Origin: Rubripirellula sp.
GTDB taxonomy: Bacteria > Planctomycetota > Planctomycetia > Pirellulales > Pirellulaceae
DNA length: 64,000 bases
Reading direction: 5' to 3'
NCBI GenBank assembly: GCA_965216875.1
Contig: OZ244207.1
Span: 7,104,001 to 7,168,000 of the forward strand
In this document: positions 19,811 through 28,995 of the stretch, piece by piece
How positions within the stretch are numbered: position 1 is the first letter of the stretch
Layout of the letters: the number at the start of each line of letters is the position of its first letter
The notes under the pieces: model-generated
What the model was told of the DNA's origin: nothing
The model's input: only the letters and a program-made list of their open reading frames with translations
Databases searched by the model: none
Made by a program: the position numbers and the translations under genes

Positions 19811-21808
19811 ATGACGCTTTCGCAATCATCTCGTTCGATTCAGTTTTCATCACCGATCGGTGACGACGGCGTGGTCGCCGAACGCGTCCATTGGAAAGAA
19901 CAATTGGGACGTCCGTTCGAAGGGCTTGTCGAACTTGCGTGTGATGCGGGCGATATCGATCCCGCCGACATCATTCGCCAACCTGCGTCGATTCGAATTG
20001 GCGATCCCGACGAAAGCCCAAGCTATTTGCACGGCTACGTTTCCGAATTTGGGATGACCGGATTCGACAAGGGTTTGTACCGCTATCGAGTCAAGCTTGT
20101 GCCCTGGTTTGCGTTGATGGCGCATGTGGGTGGTTCGCAAATCTTTCAAAACGAAACCGCGATCACGATCGCGCAAGCCATGATCGACCTGCGCGGTTTT
20201 TCGGGCGAACTCGAGGACAAGACTTCGGGCACACCGCGGACACGAGCCTATTGTGTTCAGTACAACGAGTCCGACTTTCGCTTTTTGAGTCGGTTGTTCG
20301 AAGAGGAAGGCATCTACTACTACTTTTCCTACAGCGAAAACCAGCACCAAATGGTCTTGTGCGATGACGTTGGCGCTCACGTTGCTGCCGATGGGCTCGA
20401 TACGTTGCCCTACCATCCGCAAGAAACGTTTGCCGTCGAAGCTTGCGTGTCGCGGTGGGCGAGCTATCGACGATTTGCGACGGCGTCCCACGTGATGAGC
20501 GACTATGACTTTCAGAAACCCTCCTCCGACATGACGGTTCGACAAAACGCGTCGGATTCGGAGAGCGATTGGCAGTGGTATCAACACCCCGGTCGGTACT
20601 TCGAAACCGACGACGGCCAATATTACGCGCGCGTACGCACCGAATCGGTGGCGGCAAATCAACAACGCTACGAGGTTGACGTTTCGACTCACGGCGTTCA
20701 GTGTGGCAATCTGCTGACCGTCAAGGATCATCCAACCGACGAACTGAACCGCGAATACTTGGTGGTGAGTGCCGAACTGACCGCGACGGCACCCGACGTC
20801 GCGGCGGGAAGTGACAGCACCGACGGCGGGTTCAAGTTTAAATCGCGATTGTCGATTCAATCGTCGGATGTGCCCTATCGAAGTGCTCGGACGACACGTC
20901 GTCGCATTATGCCGGGACCGCAGATCGCGACGGTCGTCGGTCCCGATGGCGAAGAGATTTGGACTGACGCGTACGGGCGGATCAAAGTTCAGTTTGCCTG
21001 GGATTTGGATGCGCCGGGCGACGACAGCAGTTCCTGCTGGATTCGCGTCTCGCAGCCGTGGACCGGAAATGGTTGGGGCGCGGTTTCGATCCCACGCGTG
21101 GGCCAAGAAGTGATCGTCGAGTTTCTTGATGGCGACGTCGATCGCCCGATCGTTACCGGACGCGTTTACAACGACGAATTGTCGCCGCCGGAAGCGCTCG
21201 CTGATAATCAGGCCAAGACCGTCTTGAGGACTCGAAGCACCAAAGGTGGCGACGTCGAGTCGTATCACGAGTTGACCTTTGATGACACAAAGGATGCGGA
21301 ACAGATTCTGCTGCACAGCGAACGCGATTTTGTGCGCGAGGTCGAAAACAACGACACCTTGAAGGTTGGCTTCGACAAATCGGATCCGGGTGATCAATCG
21401 ATCGAAATCTACAACGACCAAAACGTGCAAGTGGGCGTCGGCAGCGGTTCGGGTTCGCAGACTATCGACGTCGGCCAGGATCGTAGCGTTACGATTGATG
21501 CTGGTGACGACACGATCGTCGTCAAGAGTGGTGATCGAAATGTGTCGGCTGAACAAGGTGCGATCACGATCGAGGCCGCAACTTCGATCCAACTCAAGTG
21601 CGGCGACTCGGTGATTGAATTGACGCCGTCGGGGATTTCGATCAAAGCGGCTCAGGTCGATGTGCAGGCCGACACCACACTCAACCTAGGCGGTACCGAG
21701 GTCAACATCAGTGCCGACGCGGCGCTGACCGCACAAGGATCCGCATCAGCAGAACTGAGTAGTTCGGGCACGGCGACGATCAAAGGCGCGATGGTGATGA
21801 TCAATTAG
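19811..21808 (+). CDS. vgrG: T6SS spike VgrG (TssI), no C-terminal effector extension
   Basis: YCVQYNESDFRFLSRLFEEEGIYYYF, GPQIATVVG, DAYGRIKVQFAW, IPRVGQEVIVEFLDGDVDRP, followed by gp5-like beta repeats. Confidence 0.96.
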   Translation: MTLSQSSRSIQFSSPIGDDGVVAERVHWKEQLGRPFEGLVELACDAGDIDPADIIRQPASIRIGDPDESPSYLHGYVSEFGMTGFDKGLYRYRVKLVPWFALMAHVGGSQIFQNETAITIAQAMIDLRGFSGELEDKTSGTPRTRAYCVQYNESDFRFLSRLFEEEGIYYYFSYSENQHQMVLCDDVGAHVAADGLDTLPYHPQETFAVEACVSRWASYRRFATASHVMSDYDFQKPSSDMTVRQNASDSESDWQWYQHPGRYFETDDGQYYARVRTESVAANQQRYEVDVSTHGVQCGNLLTVKDHPTDELNREYLVVSAELTATAPDVAAGSDSTDGGFKFKSRLSIQSSDVPYRSARTTRRRIMPGPQIATVVGPDGEEIWTDAYGRIKVQFAWDLDAPGDDSSSCWIRVSQPWTGNGWGAVSIPRVGQEVIVEFLDGDVDRPIVTGRVYNDELSPPEALADNQAKTVLRTRSTKGGDVESYHELTFDDTKDAEQILLHSERDFVREVENNDTLKVGFDKSDPGDQSIEIYNDQNVQVGVGSGSGSQTIDVGQDRSVTIDAGDDTIVVKSGDRNVSAEQGAITIEAATSIQLKCGDSVIELTPSGISIKAAQVDVQADTTLNLGGTEVNISADAALTAQGSASAELSSSGTATIKGAMVMIN

Positions 21809-21820
21809 GAAATCGACCCA

Positions 21821-22756
21821 ATGCCACTTCTATTGACCACAACGCGAGACGACCTGCCATCGCAGCGATTGATGCTGCGATCGGGTCAGTGCGCGCATGT
21901 TGGGCGAAGTGAGCTCGCAGAATTCAGCGTTCCGAACGATCGTGAACTCGCAGATAGTCATTTTGTGGTGCAATGCCGCGCCTCGGCGATCATCGAATCG
22001 CTTGGCGAAGAACTGGCATTGGTTTGTGACGGTGAATCGACCAGTCGAATTGAGTTTTCGGATCCGATGCATCAGCCCGCGCGCTTTATCGCCGGAAGCA
22101 CCGAATTCAATTTGCTGTGGACACCCGACGTTGCGATCCAATCGACTCGCGAAACCGACGACGATTCAGAATCGGACACTGAGCCGGTCGACGACAGCGA
22201 ACGTATTGGGATGGTGGCCGAGAAGCTCAAGTTGTCCGCCGATGCGATCGCTTTGATCCAAACACCTGACGTTGCAAGTGACTTTGTTTCGCGATTGATC
22301 CAACAAGGATGCGTTGACGATGCACTCGTTTCGGTTGCCGGGCTTTTGCCAGTGGTCGACGCTGTGGTTTGGGCATCCGAACTTCAAGCGTCAGGCGAGT
22401 TGCCGTCGGGCGAGTTGCCGTCGGGCGCGTTGCCGTCGGGCGCGTTGATCGATGCGGTGCGAACATGGACCGGCGATGTTACGGAAGAGTCCCGCTTGGC
22501 CGTTAAGCAGATCGTCGAGGGGGATGCCACGGACGATGGCCGCTTGAAGTGGATCGCGATGGCGGTCGTCTACAGCGGCGGGAGTCTCGCTCCTGAGGGT
22601 CAAGCGGTTGTGCCGCCGCCGGAACACTTGTCGGCGATTGCTGTCTCGTCGTCGGTTCGCTTCGCACTCGCGGCGCAGGAGGACCGAGAGGAGGCCAAGT
22701 TGGCTTGGGCGACGGCTGGCTTGGATCGCTTGCGTTCACGGATCTCCAACGAGTAA
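21821..22756 (+). CDS. FHA-like domain fused to a DUF6931-like domain
   Basis: N-terminal VGRS...ND...SHF (FHA-like); C-terminal AVVWA...AVRTW...TEESR...AVVYSGGSLAPEGQAVVPPP matches, from memory, the DUF6931 pattern often found between vgrG and PAAR. Confidence 0.65.
   Translation: MPLLLTTTRDDLPSQRLMLRSGQCAHVGRSELAEFSVPNDRELADSHFVVQCRASAIIESLGEELALVCDGESTSRIEFSDPMHQPARFIAGSTEFNLLWTPDVAIQSTRETDDDSESDTEPVDDSERIGMVAEKLKLSADAIALIQTPDVASDFVSRLIQQGCVDDALVSVAGLLPVVDAVVWASELQASGELPSGELPSGALPSGALIDAVRTWTGDVTEESRLAVKQIVEGDATDDGRLKWIAMAVVYSGGSLAPEGQAVVPPPEHLSAIAVSSSVRFALAAQEDREEAKLAWATAGLDRLRSRISNE
22390..22447 (+). repeat. In-frame 15-bp tandem repeat (about 4 units) encoding SGELP/SGALP
   Basis: GTCAGGCGAGTTGCC GTCGGGCGAGTTGCC GTCGGGCGCGTTGCC GTCGGGCGCGTTG. 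Confidence 0.9.
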
Positions 22757-22773
22757 TAAGGGAACTGAGAATA

Positions 22774-23064
22774 ATGCCTCCAGCAGCTCGAGTTGGTGAC
22801 ATGCACACCTGCACGTCGGTCACGGGAGTCGTGCCGCACGTTGGTGGTGCGATCATTGGACCCGGAGCACCGACGGTGATGTTGGAAGGGATGCCGGCGG
22901 CCGTTGTCGGCGATGAAGCGAGCTGCAACGGGCCGGCCGACGCACTCACGATGGGATCGGGAACGGTCATGATCGAAGGCAAACCTTCGGTCAGGGTTGG
23001 AGACGAAACGGCTCATGGCGGCTCGATTGCAGCGGGCGCGCCGACGGTGATGGTCGGCGACTGA
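22774..23064 (+). CDS. PAAR domain spike-tip protein (96 aa, stand-alone)
   Basis: MPPAARVGDMHTC...PAAVVGD...PSVRVGDETAHGG. Confidence 0.95.
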   Translation: MPPAARVGDMHTCTSVTGVVPHVGGAIIGPGAPTVMLEGMPAAVVGDEASCNGPADALTMGSGTVMIEGKPSVRVGDETAHGGSIAAGAPTVMVGD

Positions 23065-23097
23065 GCGAAAACAAAAAGGGACGGCTAGCAAGCAAGG

Positions 23098-26000
23098 ATG
23101 CGACGGTCGCGAAACACGAACGACCACCAAAGTTGGAGACCTATCCAGCGTTGGCGACAAACCGCGGCAAGTGCCAAGCGGTTAATGATCGCGCGCGCCG
23201 CGCTTGCCACGTTCTTGGGGATCTTCTTGGTCGGTTTCTTGGTGATCGCGTTTCGTCCGATGGTTCGACCAAACGCGGTCTTGGTCACGATCGGACCCAA
23301 GCTTGAAACCGACCTTAGCGAGTCAGTGCAGGTCGCGAACCAATCCATCCAGTCCATTTGGAACGCGACCGAGCCATTGCACTCGATCGAGGCCGCGTCG
23401 CCATTGGTGTTGGGCGACGCCCAGCATGTCAATCAATTCGTTGCCAACCACACACGGCGCGGACCGCGGTTGATCTACCTTGCCGGCGTCGCAAGTCCGG
23501 TCGCTGGCAAAGCGATGTTGGTATCGGGGCAATCGGGCGGCGCGACGGGCCAGTCTAGAGACGCGATGGGCCAATCGCTTGACGTTGGCGAGGTGATTCA
23601 AAGTTGTGCCAAGTCAATGCAGCCTTCGGTGATCGTCGTTGATGCCGTTCAGTCGCGACGATTGAAAGTCGGCGAGACGCCTGAGTTGACGGCGCTCGAA
23701 TTCGTGCGGAGTGTTAGCGAATCGATCGAACAACAAGGGCAAGCTCCCATTGCTGTCGTCGTCTGTCAAAGCGAACCAGAGCAACAGAGATCTCAAGCGA
23801 CAGGAACGCGATGCTCCGAGACTCTGGTCGCCGCACTCGGTAAGGCTGCCGACAACAAGTTGCCTGCCACGGACAAGGATGGAGACGGCGTGGTGACCGG
23901 CGGCGAAATGATTGACAAGTTGACTGCCCTGCCACGTCGCCGAGCCTACGCAGGAATTCCCCGCTTGCTGAGCAATCGGCCTCCGAACTATTGGCATGGC
24001 GTCTCGCTTTGGCCCGTTCATTCGATCGATTCGTCATCGACCGAAACCGCTCAATCGATCGCAGAGGTTGGAGCGAAGCCGACCGACGAAGAATCGAATG
24101 CCGACTCGGCGCCGCAACAGGCCGATGAGCTTCTGCAGGTCGAAGTCACCGCGCCGACACTCGCGCTTGCGATCAAGCTCCGCAAACTTGGCTACGACAC
24201 TCGTCGCTCGGAGGAATGCCAAGCGATCACGGATCAGTTGCGTGTCTTTTTGGATGATGACGCAGTCGAGGCTGATGTCATCAAGTGGTTAGCAGAACCG
24301 AAGATTGCAGACGCGAGATGGGACGAGCTTGTTTGGATGCGGTTTGTTTGCGGGCAATCCCATTCTTGGCCGCTCAAACAATCGTTGATCCAATGCCGCG
24401 TGCTCGCCAATCGCGTTGCCGTTGAAACATCGAAGCACAAATTCCTTGCTCAGCGCGTCGGCAAGGCTCAGTGGATGCGACTCGACGCGGAACGAAGTTT
24501 GGCCAGTCCCGTTCGCGGCAATCACCTTGAATACGCTGCTGGCTCCGTCAGCGATGCTCTAGCGAGGTTCCGGTTGATTCTTGACGATGCGATGGTGATT
24601 CAACAGGCCGAAAGAATCGTCGAACGCGATCGTCGCCGCGCCGAAGAGTTGCTTTCGATGCCAGTTCGAGCAAAGTCGCCACGATATGACTACGTTTGTC
24701 AGCGGCTCGCCGATGTCGTGGGCTTGCAAACTTGCTTGAATCGTGACCATGAAGACATGATTCGCGACTGTCGCCTGCTGGTGGAATCCATTCAACGTCG
24801 CAGTGACATGCGGCAAACGGAAGTCGCCCGAACCGTTCGCACCGCAACCGACTCGGCACCCCAAGGAAGTGACGTCGACAGCAACTTCCAGCTTTTCGAG
24901 ACGACGCAAATACGTGTCGCACGCTCGGCGCTGGTGACGGAACTCTTGACCGGGAACAAGATCGGAGCTGTCGAAAAGAAGTCATGCGAGGCAACGCGAT
25001 GTCTTGCTCACCCCGAAGCACATTTCGACCAAGTGGCATCGGCGGTGGTTGATTTTCGCAGTGCCATTGGCCAAGCAATGCGGCATCGGGGGCGGATGGT
25101 CGCACGGTCGAACCAGCAACGTGCACTCGACAAGCTGCGCCGCATCGCCTTGGATGCCCAGCGGTATAGCGTCGATGCAACCCGCACTCAACGCGACTTG
25201 CAAATTGGCAACGCCCGGCGCGCGATCCGCATCGCCGCCAAGCTTGACGAAACAATCATTGCCAACCTTTCCAGCGGCCCCGAAATCGATGTCCAGCTCC
25301 ACGGGTCGCTGGCTCGCACCGACAATGCCTGGCTTGATGTCACCGTTCGTCATCAAACGCAAACGCCCGCGCCGGGTTGGATTGAGATTGAATACGACAG
25401 CGCGGTGGTTGCGGTCGCGCCGATCACGGCGCCAGCGGTCCGAGCGTCGCGGATCGGCGAGGCTCGGTATCAGACGGTGATCCAACAGTCCCGACAGAAT
25501 GTCGATCCGAATCATGCAAGCGACGATCGTTTGCAACAGGTTCGAATTGATTTGCAACGAATCGGCGGCGCGTACGAATCAGCGGCGATCAACGTTCGTT
25601 GGGTGACCAAGGAAAACGTTTATCGGCGATCCGTGCCGCTCGAGCTGCCACTGCCGCAACTCGCTACCGTCGCCTTGGGAATGATCGGCGAGAATGCGGG
25701 TGACACCCAAGTTTGGCGTATGCGTGCCAATGACGATCGATTTCAAACATTGAACCTTCGTGCCACCGATGACTCGAGTGACACGCTTGCGGTTCGTTTG
25801 CTCGCCTGGAAAACGCCAGGTATGAAACCTCCGTCGACCTTGTCGTCACGGGCGGCCAATGAGTGGTTGTCTCAAGTCGCACCACCGGTTGAACTGGCCA
25901 AACAAGAATCGGTATTCGTCAAAGCGGGTGAATATGTGCCGGTCCGCTTCAAACCGCACAAGCTGAAACCCGCAGCGGAACCGATCACGGTGGGTACATT

Positions 26001-27465
26001 GCTGTGCGAAGTGACCGATCCAGTTGCCAAACGAGTTCAGTACATTGATCTGGGCCCCGCCGTTGTTCGTCCTTCGGCAGTGATCACACCCAAGGTTGCG
26101 TTCGACGCTGCCGCACGCCGTTTAACGCTTTCGATGGACGCACACGCGAGCAGCGTCGTGGGTGGGCCTAAGACTTGGGTTCAAGTCGAAGTGCGTGATG
26201 CGTCTACCAATCAATTGATTGCCGAAGACGATGTGGTGCTCCAGCGCGGCGGCCAGGTTGCCAAGGTTTACAGTACAGCGGCAAGCAATGGTCGCCCGGT
26301 CCGAATGCGTTTGAAAGTCGACGGCTGGCCAAGCGGGTATGTGTACGACATTGATACGGCGCGTTCCGATTCCGGCGTCGCATCGGCTGCTGCCAAGCCG
26401 CGTGTCGCCATCGTCGATCCCGCTCGAGAGCTTGTTATCCGTTCAAAGACGGGACAGATCGATGCGCATGTAGCGGTCGACCTGAGTGATCGATGGTTTC
26501 GCTACGGCCAAGACGAGATCGCGGTCGGACTCGATTTGAACCATGATCGCTACCTGCGCGACGAGCCAACCGTGTCATCCAAGCATCCTGTCTCAATTCA
26601 GTTCGCTTGGGCAGGAGTGAATGAACAAGGACAACTTGGAATCAGTAACCGCGTCGGGCACGTGCAACTTCATTTGCCCGTGCGTGGTCAAGCTCGCAAC
26701 CAACGGACGCAATTGATCGCGCAGTTGCGCCGAGGCGCGGAGATCACGTGGAGCCAACCGGTGACGGTCGTTTTCGATGATGAGCCGCCGGTGATCGAGG
26801 ACGTTCAAATCACGTCGGCGATTCCCGCGTCACTGGCCGGGCCACTGCAGATTCGGGTGAGCGTTGACGACGCTGGCTTGAGCGGCGCTGCGGTGGTTCG
26901 AGCCGGATGGGCAACGCTCGGTCAGACCGAATTTACGCCTGAAGTGACAGCAATGGAGGCCCAGCGGATGCAGGATGATCGGTGGGCGGTCGATGTCCCG
27001 GTTGATGGACTTGTGCCAGGCGTCCACACATTGCTAGTACAGGCAACGGACCGCGCCGGGAATGTTGGGAAGACAAAAAGCCTTGCGGTGCAGTTGTATT
27101 CCGCCGAGCAGTTGGCGGAACTGAAAAGCCAGCAAACAACGGCTGTTCACGGCAAGGTTGCCTACGTGAAACGTCCGTTAAAAGGGATCACGGTCAAACT
27201 GCGAAAAGTGATTCCGCCGAACGAGGAATCAGAAGGCGACGCCGATCCACCAGCAGCCAACACGGCACTCGAAACGGTCAGTGACGAGGTGGCTCATCAA
27301 GCCACGACGGCGGTCGATGGCTCGTTTTGGATCAAGGATGTTCGTGCGGGAGATTACGAGCTGCAGGTCGAAGGGCTCTATCGAGGGATGCGGCAACGCA
27401 AGACGATCAAGATCGCCGTGAAACCGCCGCAACCTGCTTCAGTCGATACGATTCGCGTGGATTGA
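23098..27465 (+). CDS. Giant membrane-anchored protein: degenerate caspase-like (C14) domain, helical region, beta-sandwich/Ig-like and carboxypeptidase-regulatory-like C-terminal domains
   Basis: Basic N-terminus plus one TM; LIYLAGVA and VIVVDAVQS at the His/Cys motif positions; DKDGDGVVTGGEM; FDDEPPVI...ATDRAGNVG (Ig-like); VHGKV...TAVDGSFWIKDVRAGDYELQV. Confidence 0.6.
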   Translation: MRRSRNTNDHQSWRPIQRWRQTAASAKRLMIARAALATFLGIFLVGFLVIAFRPMVRPNAVLVTIGPKLETDLSESVQVANQSIQSIWNATEPLHSIEAASPLVLGDAQHVNQFVANHTRRGPRLIYLAGVASPVAGKAMLVSGQSGGATGQSRDAMGQSLDVGEVIQSCAKSMQPSVIVVDAVQSRRLKVGETPELTALEFVRSVSESIEQQGQAPIAVVVCQSEPEQQRSQATGTRCSETLVAALGKAADNKLPATDKDGDGVVTGGEMIDKLTALPRRRAYAGIPRLLSNRPPNYWHGVSLWPVHSIDSSSTETAQSIAEVGAKPTDEESNADSAPQQADELLQVEVTAPTLALAIKLRKLGYDTRRSEECQAITDQLRVFLDDDAVEADVIKWLAEPKIADARWDELVWMRFVCGQSHSWPLKQSLIQCRVLANRVAVETSKHKFLAQRVGKAQWMRLDAERSLASPVRGNHLEYAAGSVSDALARFRLILDDAMVIQQAERIVERDRRRAEELLSMPVRAKSPRYDYVCQRLADVVGLQTCLNRDHEDMIRDCRLLVESIQRRSDMRQTEVARTVRTATDSAPQGSDVDSNFQLFETTQIRVARSALVTELLTGNKIGAVEKKSCEATRCLAHPEAHFDQVASAVVDFRSAIGQAMRHRGRMVARSNQQRALDKLRRIALDAQRYSVDATRTQRDLQIGNARRAIRIAAKLDETIIANLSSGPEIDVQLHGSLARTDNAWLDVTVRHQTQTPAPGWIEIEYDSAVVAVAPITAPAVRASRIGEARYQTVIQQSRQNVDPNHASDDRLQQVRIDLQRIGGAYESAAINVRWVTKENVYRRSVPLELPLPQLATVALGMIGENAGDTQVWRMRANDDRFQTLNLRATDDSSDTLAVRLLAWKTPGMKPPSTLSSRAANEWLSQVAPPVELAKQESVFVKAGEYVPVRFKPHKLKPAAEPITVGTLLCEVTDPVAKRVQYIDLGPAVVRPSAVITPKVAFDAAARRLTLSMDAHASSVVGGPKTWVQVEVRDASTNQLIAEDDVVLQRGGQVAKVYSTAASNGRPVRMRLKVDGWPSGYVYDIDTARSDSGVASAAAKPRVAIVDPARELVIRSKTGQIDAHVAVDLSDRWFRYGQDEIAVGLDLNHDRYLRDEPTVSSKHPVSIQFAWAGVNEQGQLGISNRVGHVQLHLPVRGQARNQRTQLIAQLRRGAEITWSQPVTVVFDDEPPVIEDVQITSAIPASLAGPLQIRVSVDDAGLSGAAVVRAGWATLGQTEFTPEVTAMEAQRMQDDRWAVDVPVDGLVPGVHTLLVQATDRAGNVGKTKSLAVQLYSAEQLAELKSQQTTAVHGKVAYVKRPLKGITVKLRKVIPPNEESEGDADPPAANTALETVSDEVAHQATTAVDGSFWIKDVRAGDYELQVEGLYRGMRQRKTIKIAVKPPQPASVDTIRVD

Positions 27466-27473
27466 GCGTACGG

Positions 27474-28280
27474 ATGAGCGACACGAAAACCAATCACAGG
27501 ACTCACCCGCTTCGGCGTCATCAGGTTTGCATGCTGGTCGCTGCCGTCGCGCTGTTGTGTTCGGGGTGCGCCGGATTCGCAAGGCTTGATCGTGAAGCGA
27601 ACCCACACGCCCACCTTCCGCAAGGCCATCTGGTTGGCGTGAAACAGCCGATGACACTGCCCCGGTTTTTGGGGATCGACGCGTGCGCTCGCAAACTCGG
27701 TTCCTGCGGGCGCGGCGCTGTGCTTTATTGTCAAGCGACGGGTGAGAAGATTGCGGCCGTGGTTCCTGCGCTCGAGCCACCCGCGCCGCCACTGCCGATG
27801 TCGCATCCCGCCAACGCCGAGTCGCCATCGCCGGCAGTCGCTGCCGCACACAAGATGAAAAAAGCCAAGGCCGCCAAGGCCGCCAAGATCAAAGCTGTTG
27901 CGTTCTTGGGGAGCGAAGGTTGTCTTGAAAACCCGCTCGTCGAAGAAGGCATCCTCGCCGCACTCGATGACATTTCAGCCGACGTTCGGATCGCTGCGGT
28001 CGAGGCGGTCGTCAAATCGGCCCAGCGTGGTTGCGACGACAATTGCGTTGAGTGTTCGGACGGTTGCTGTAGCGAGCTGATTCGTTGCAAGTTGACCGCG
28101 ATGGTTTTTGAAATGCGAGACAACGGGTGCTATGTCGAGCCGAGTTCCAAGGCGCGGCGACTGGCACGTTTGGCACTCGATCTGTGCGGCGGCCCCATCG
28201 ATTGCTCACCGGTAACCGTTGTCGATGGCCCCACCGAAGTCCCACCGCCCGCCGTGATGAAAGCGGTCGGAAGCGAATAG
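27474..28280 (+). CDS. Cys-rich lipoprotein with a HEAT-like repeat
   Basis: ATG at 27474; lipobox-type VALLCSG-C; ILAALDDISADVRIAAVEAV (HEAT-like); GCDDNCVECSDGCC. Confidence 0.65.
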   Translation: MSDTKTNHRTHPLRRHQVCMLVAAVALLCSGCAGFARLDREANPHAHLPQGHLVGVKQPMTLPRFLGIDACARKLGSCGRGAVLYCQATGEKIAAVVPALEPPAPPLPMSHPANAESPSPAVAAAHKMKKAKAAKAAKIKAVAFLGSEGCLENPLVEEGILAALDDISADVRIAAVEAVVKSAQRGCDDNCVECSDGCCSELIRCKLTAMVFEMRDNGCYVEPSSKARRLARLALDLCGGPIDCSPVTVVDGPTEVPPPAVMKAVGSE

Positions 28281-28291
28281 CGTGTGTCGTT

Positions 28292-28809
28292 CTCGCTACC
28301 CCGCTCCGTGTGGTAACGCACACTTGTGACGCTTTGCGTCCTCTTCGTAGGTCATGCTCCGCATGACGGGAATTCGGGCGTAATGCCCGACGCTCGGTGC
28401 ACAGGTCGTAGCTACCTTCGCCAGAAGGTGGTTTCCAACGGTCGAACGCTTTCCACTCGCACCACGCTCTGGCGAGCGTAGCTACGTCGATGGAAAGGCC
28501 CGACGCAAGCGTGTTCGTCTCACGGAAGAGCCTGAAGATTCCGGCTAAAGCTCGGTACTACGAACCTACCTCCTCCCTCGTTACCCCGCTCCGCGTGGTA
28601 ACGCACACTTGTGACGCTCCGCGTCCTCTTCGTAGGTCATGCTCCGCACGACTTGAATTCGGGCGTAATACCCGACGCTCGGTGCACAGGTCGTAGCTAC
28701 CTTCGTCAGAAGGTGGTTTCCAACGGGCGAACGCTTTCCACTCGCACCACCCTCTGGCGAGCGTAGCTACGTCGACAGAAAGGCCCGACGCTAGCGCGTT
28801 CGGCTCACG
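28292..28809. repeat. Direct duplication (period 285 bp) of a composite REP mosaic
   Basis: 28292-28524 and 28577-28809 are near-identical; each contains GTAGGTCATGCTCCGCA-GAC, GTAGCTAC...GTAGCTAC and a family-A arm. Confidence 0.88.
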
Positions 28810-28995
28810 TTTGTACCCCGGAGAATTCGGGCGTAAAGGTCGATGCTAGGTCCGCGTAGCAACTTGCTAGCAAAACCGCTGAGCTGTTTTGGTTCGATTG
28901 CGGATGGCTGAGGGCACAAACGCATCAGATTGACGGGGAGATTGGTCGATCATAACGAGGCGTGAACCACTCGAAACCGTTGACGGATCATTGGC

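Noticed and set aside
19850..21592. 580-aa minus-strand ORF
   Set aside because: Antisense shadow of vgrG; no motifs
13428..23064. Prophage tail or extracellular contractile injection system
   Set aside because: Genes are T6SS-type (TssB/C split sheath, TssK/L/M, TssA); no capsid, terminase, tape measure or Afp-like genes
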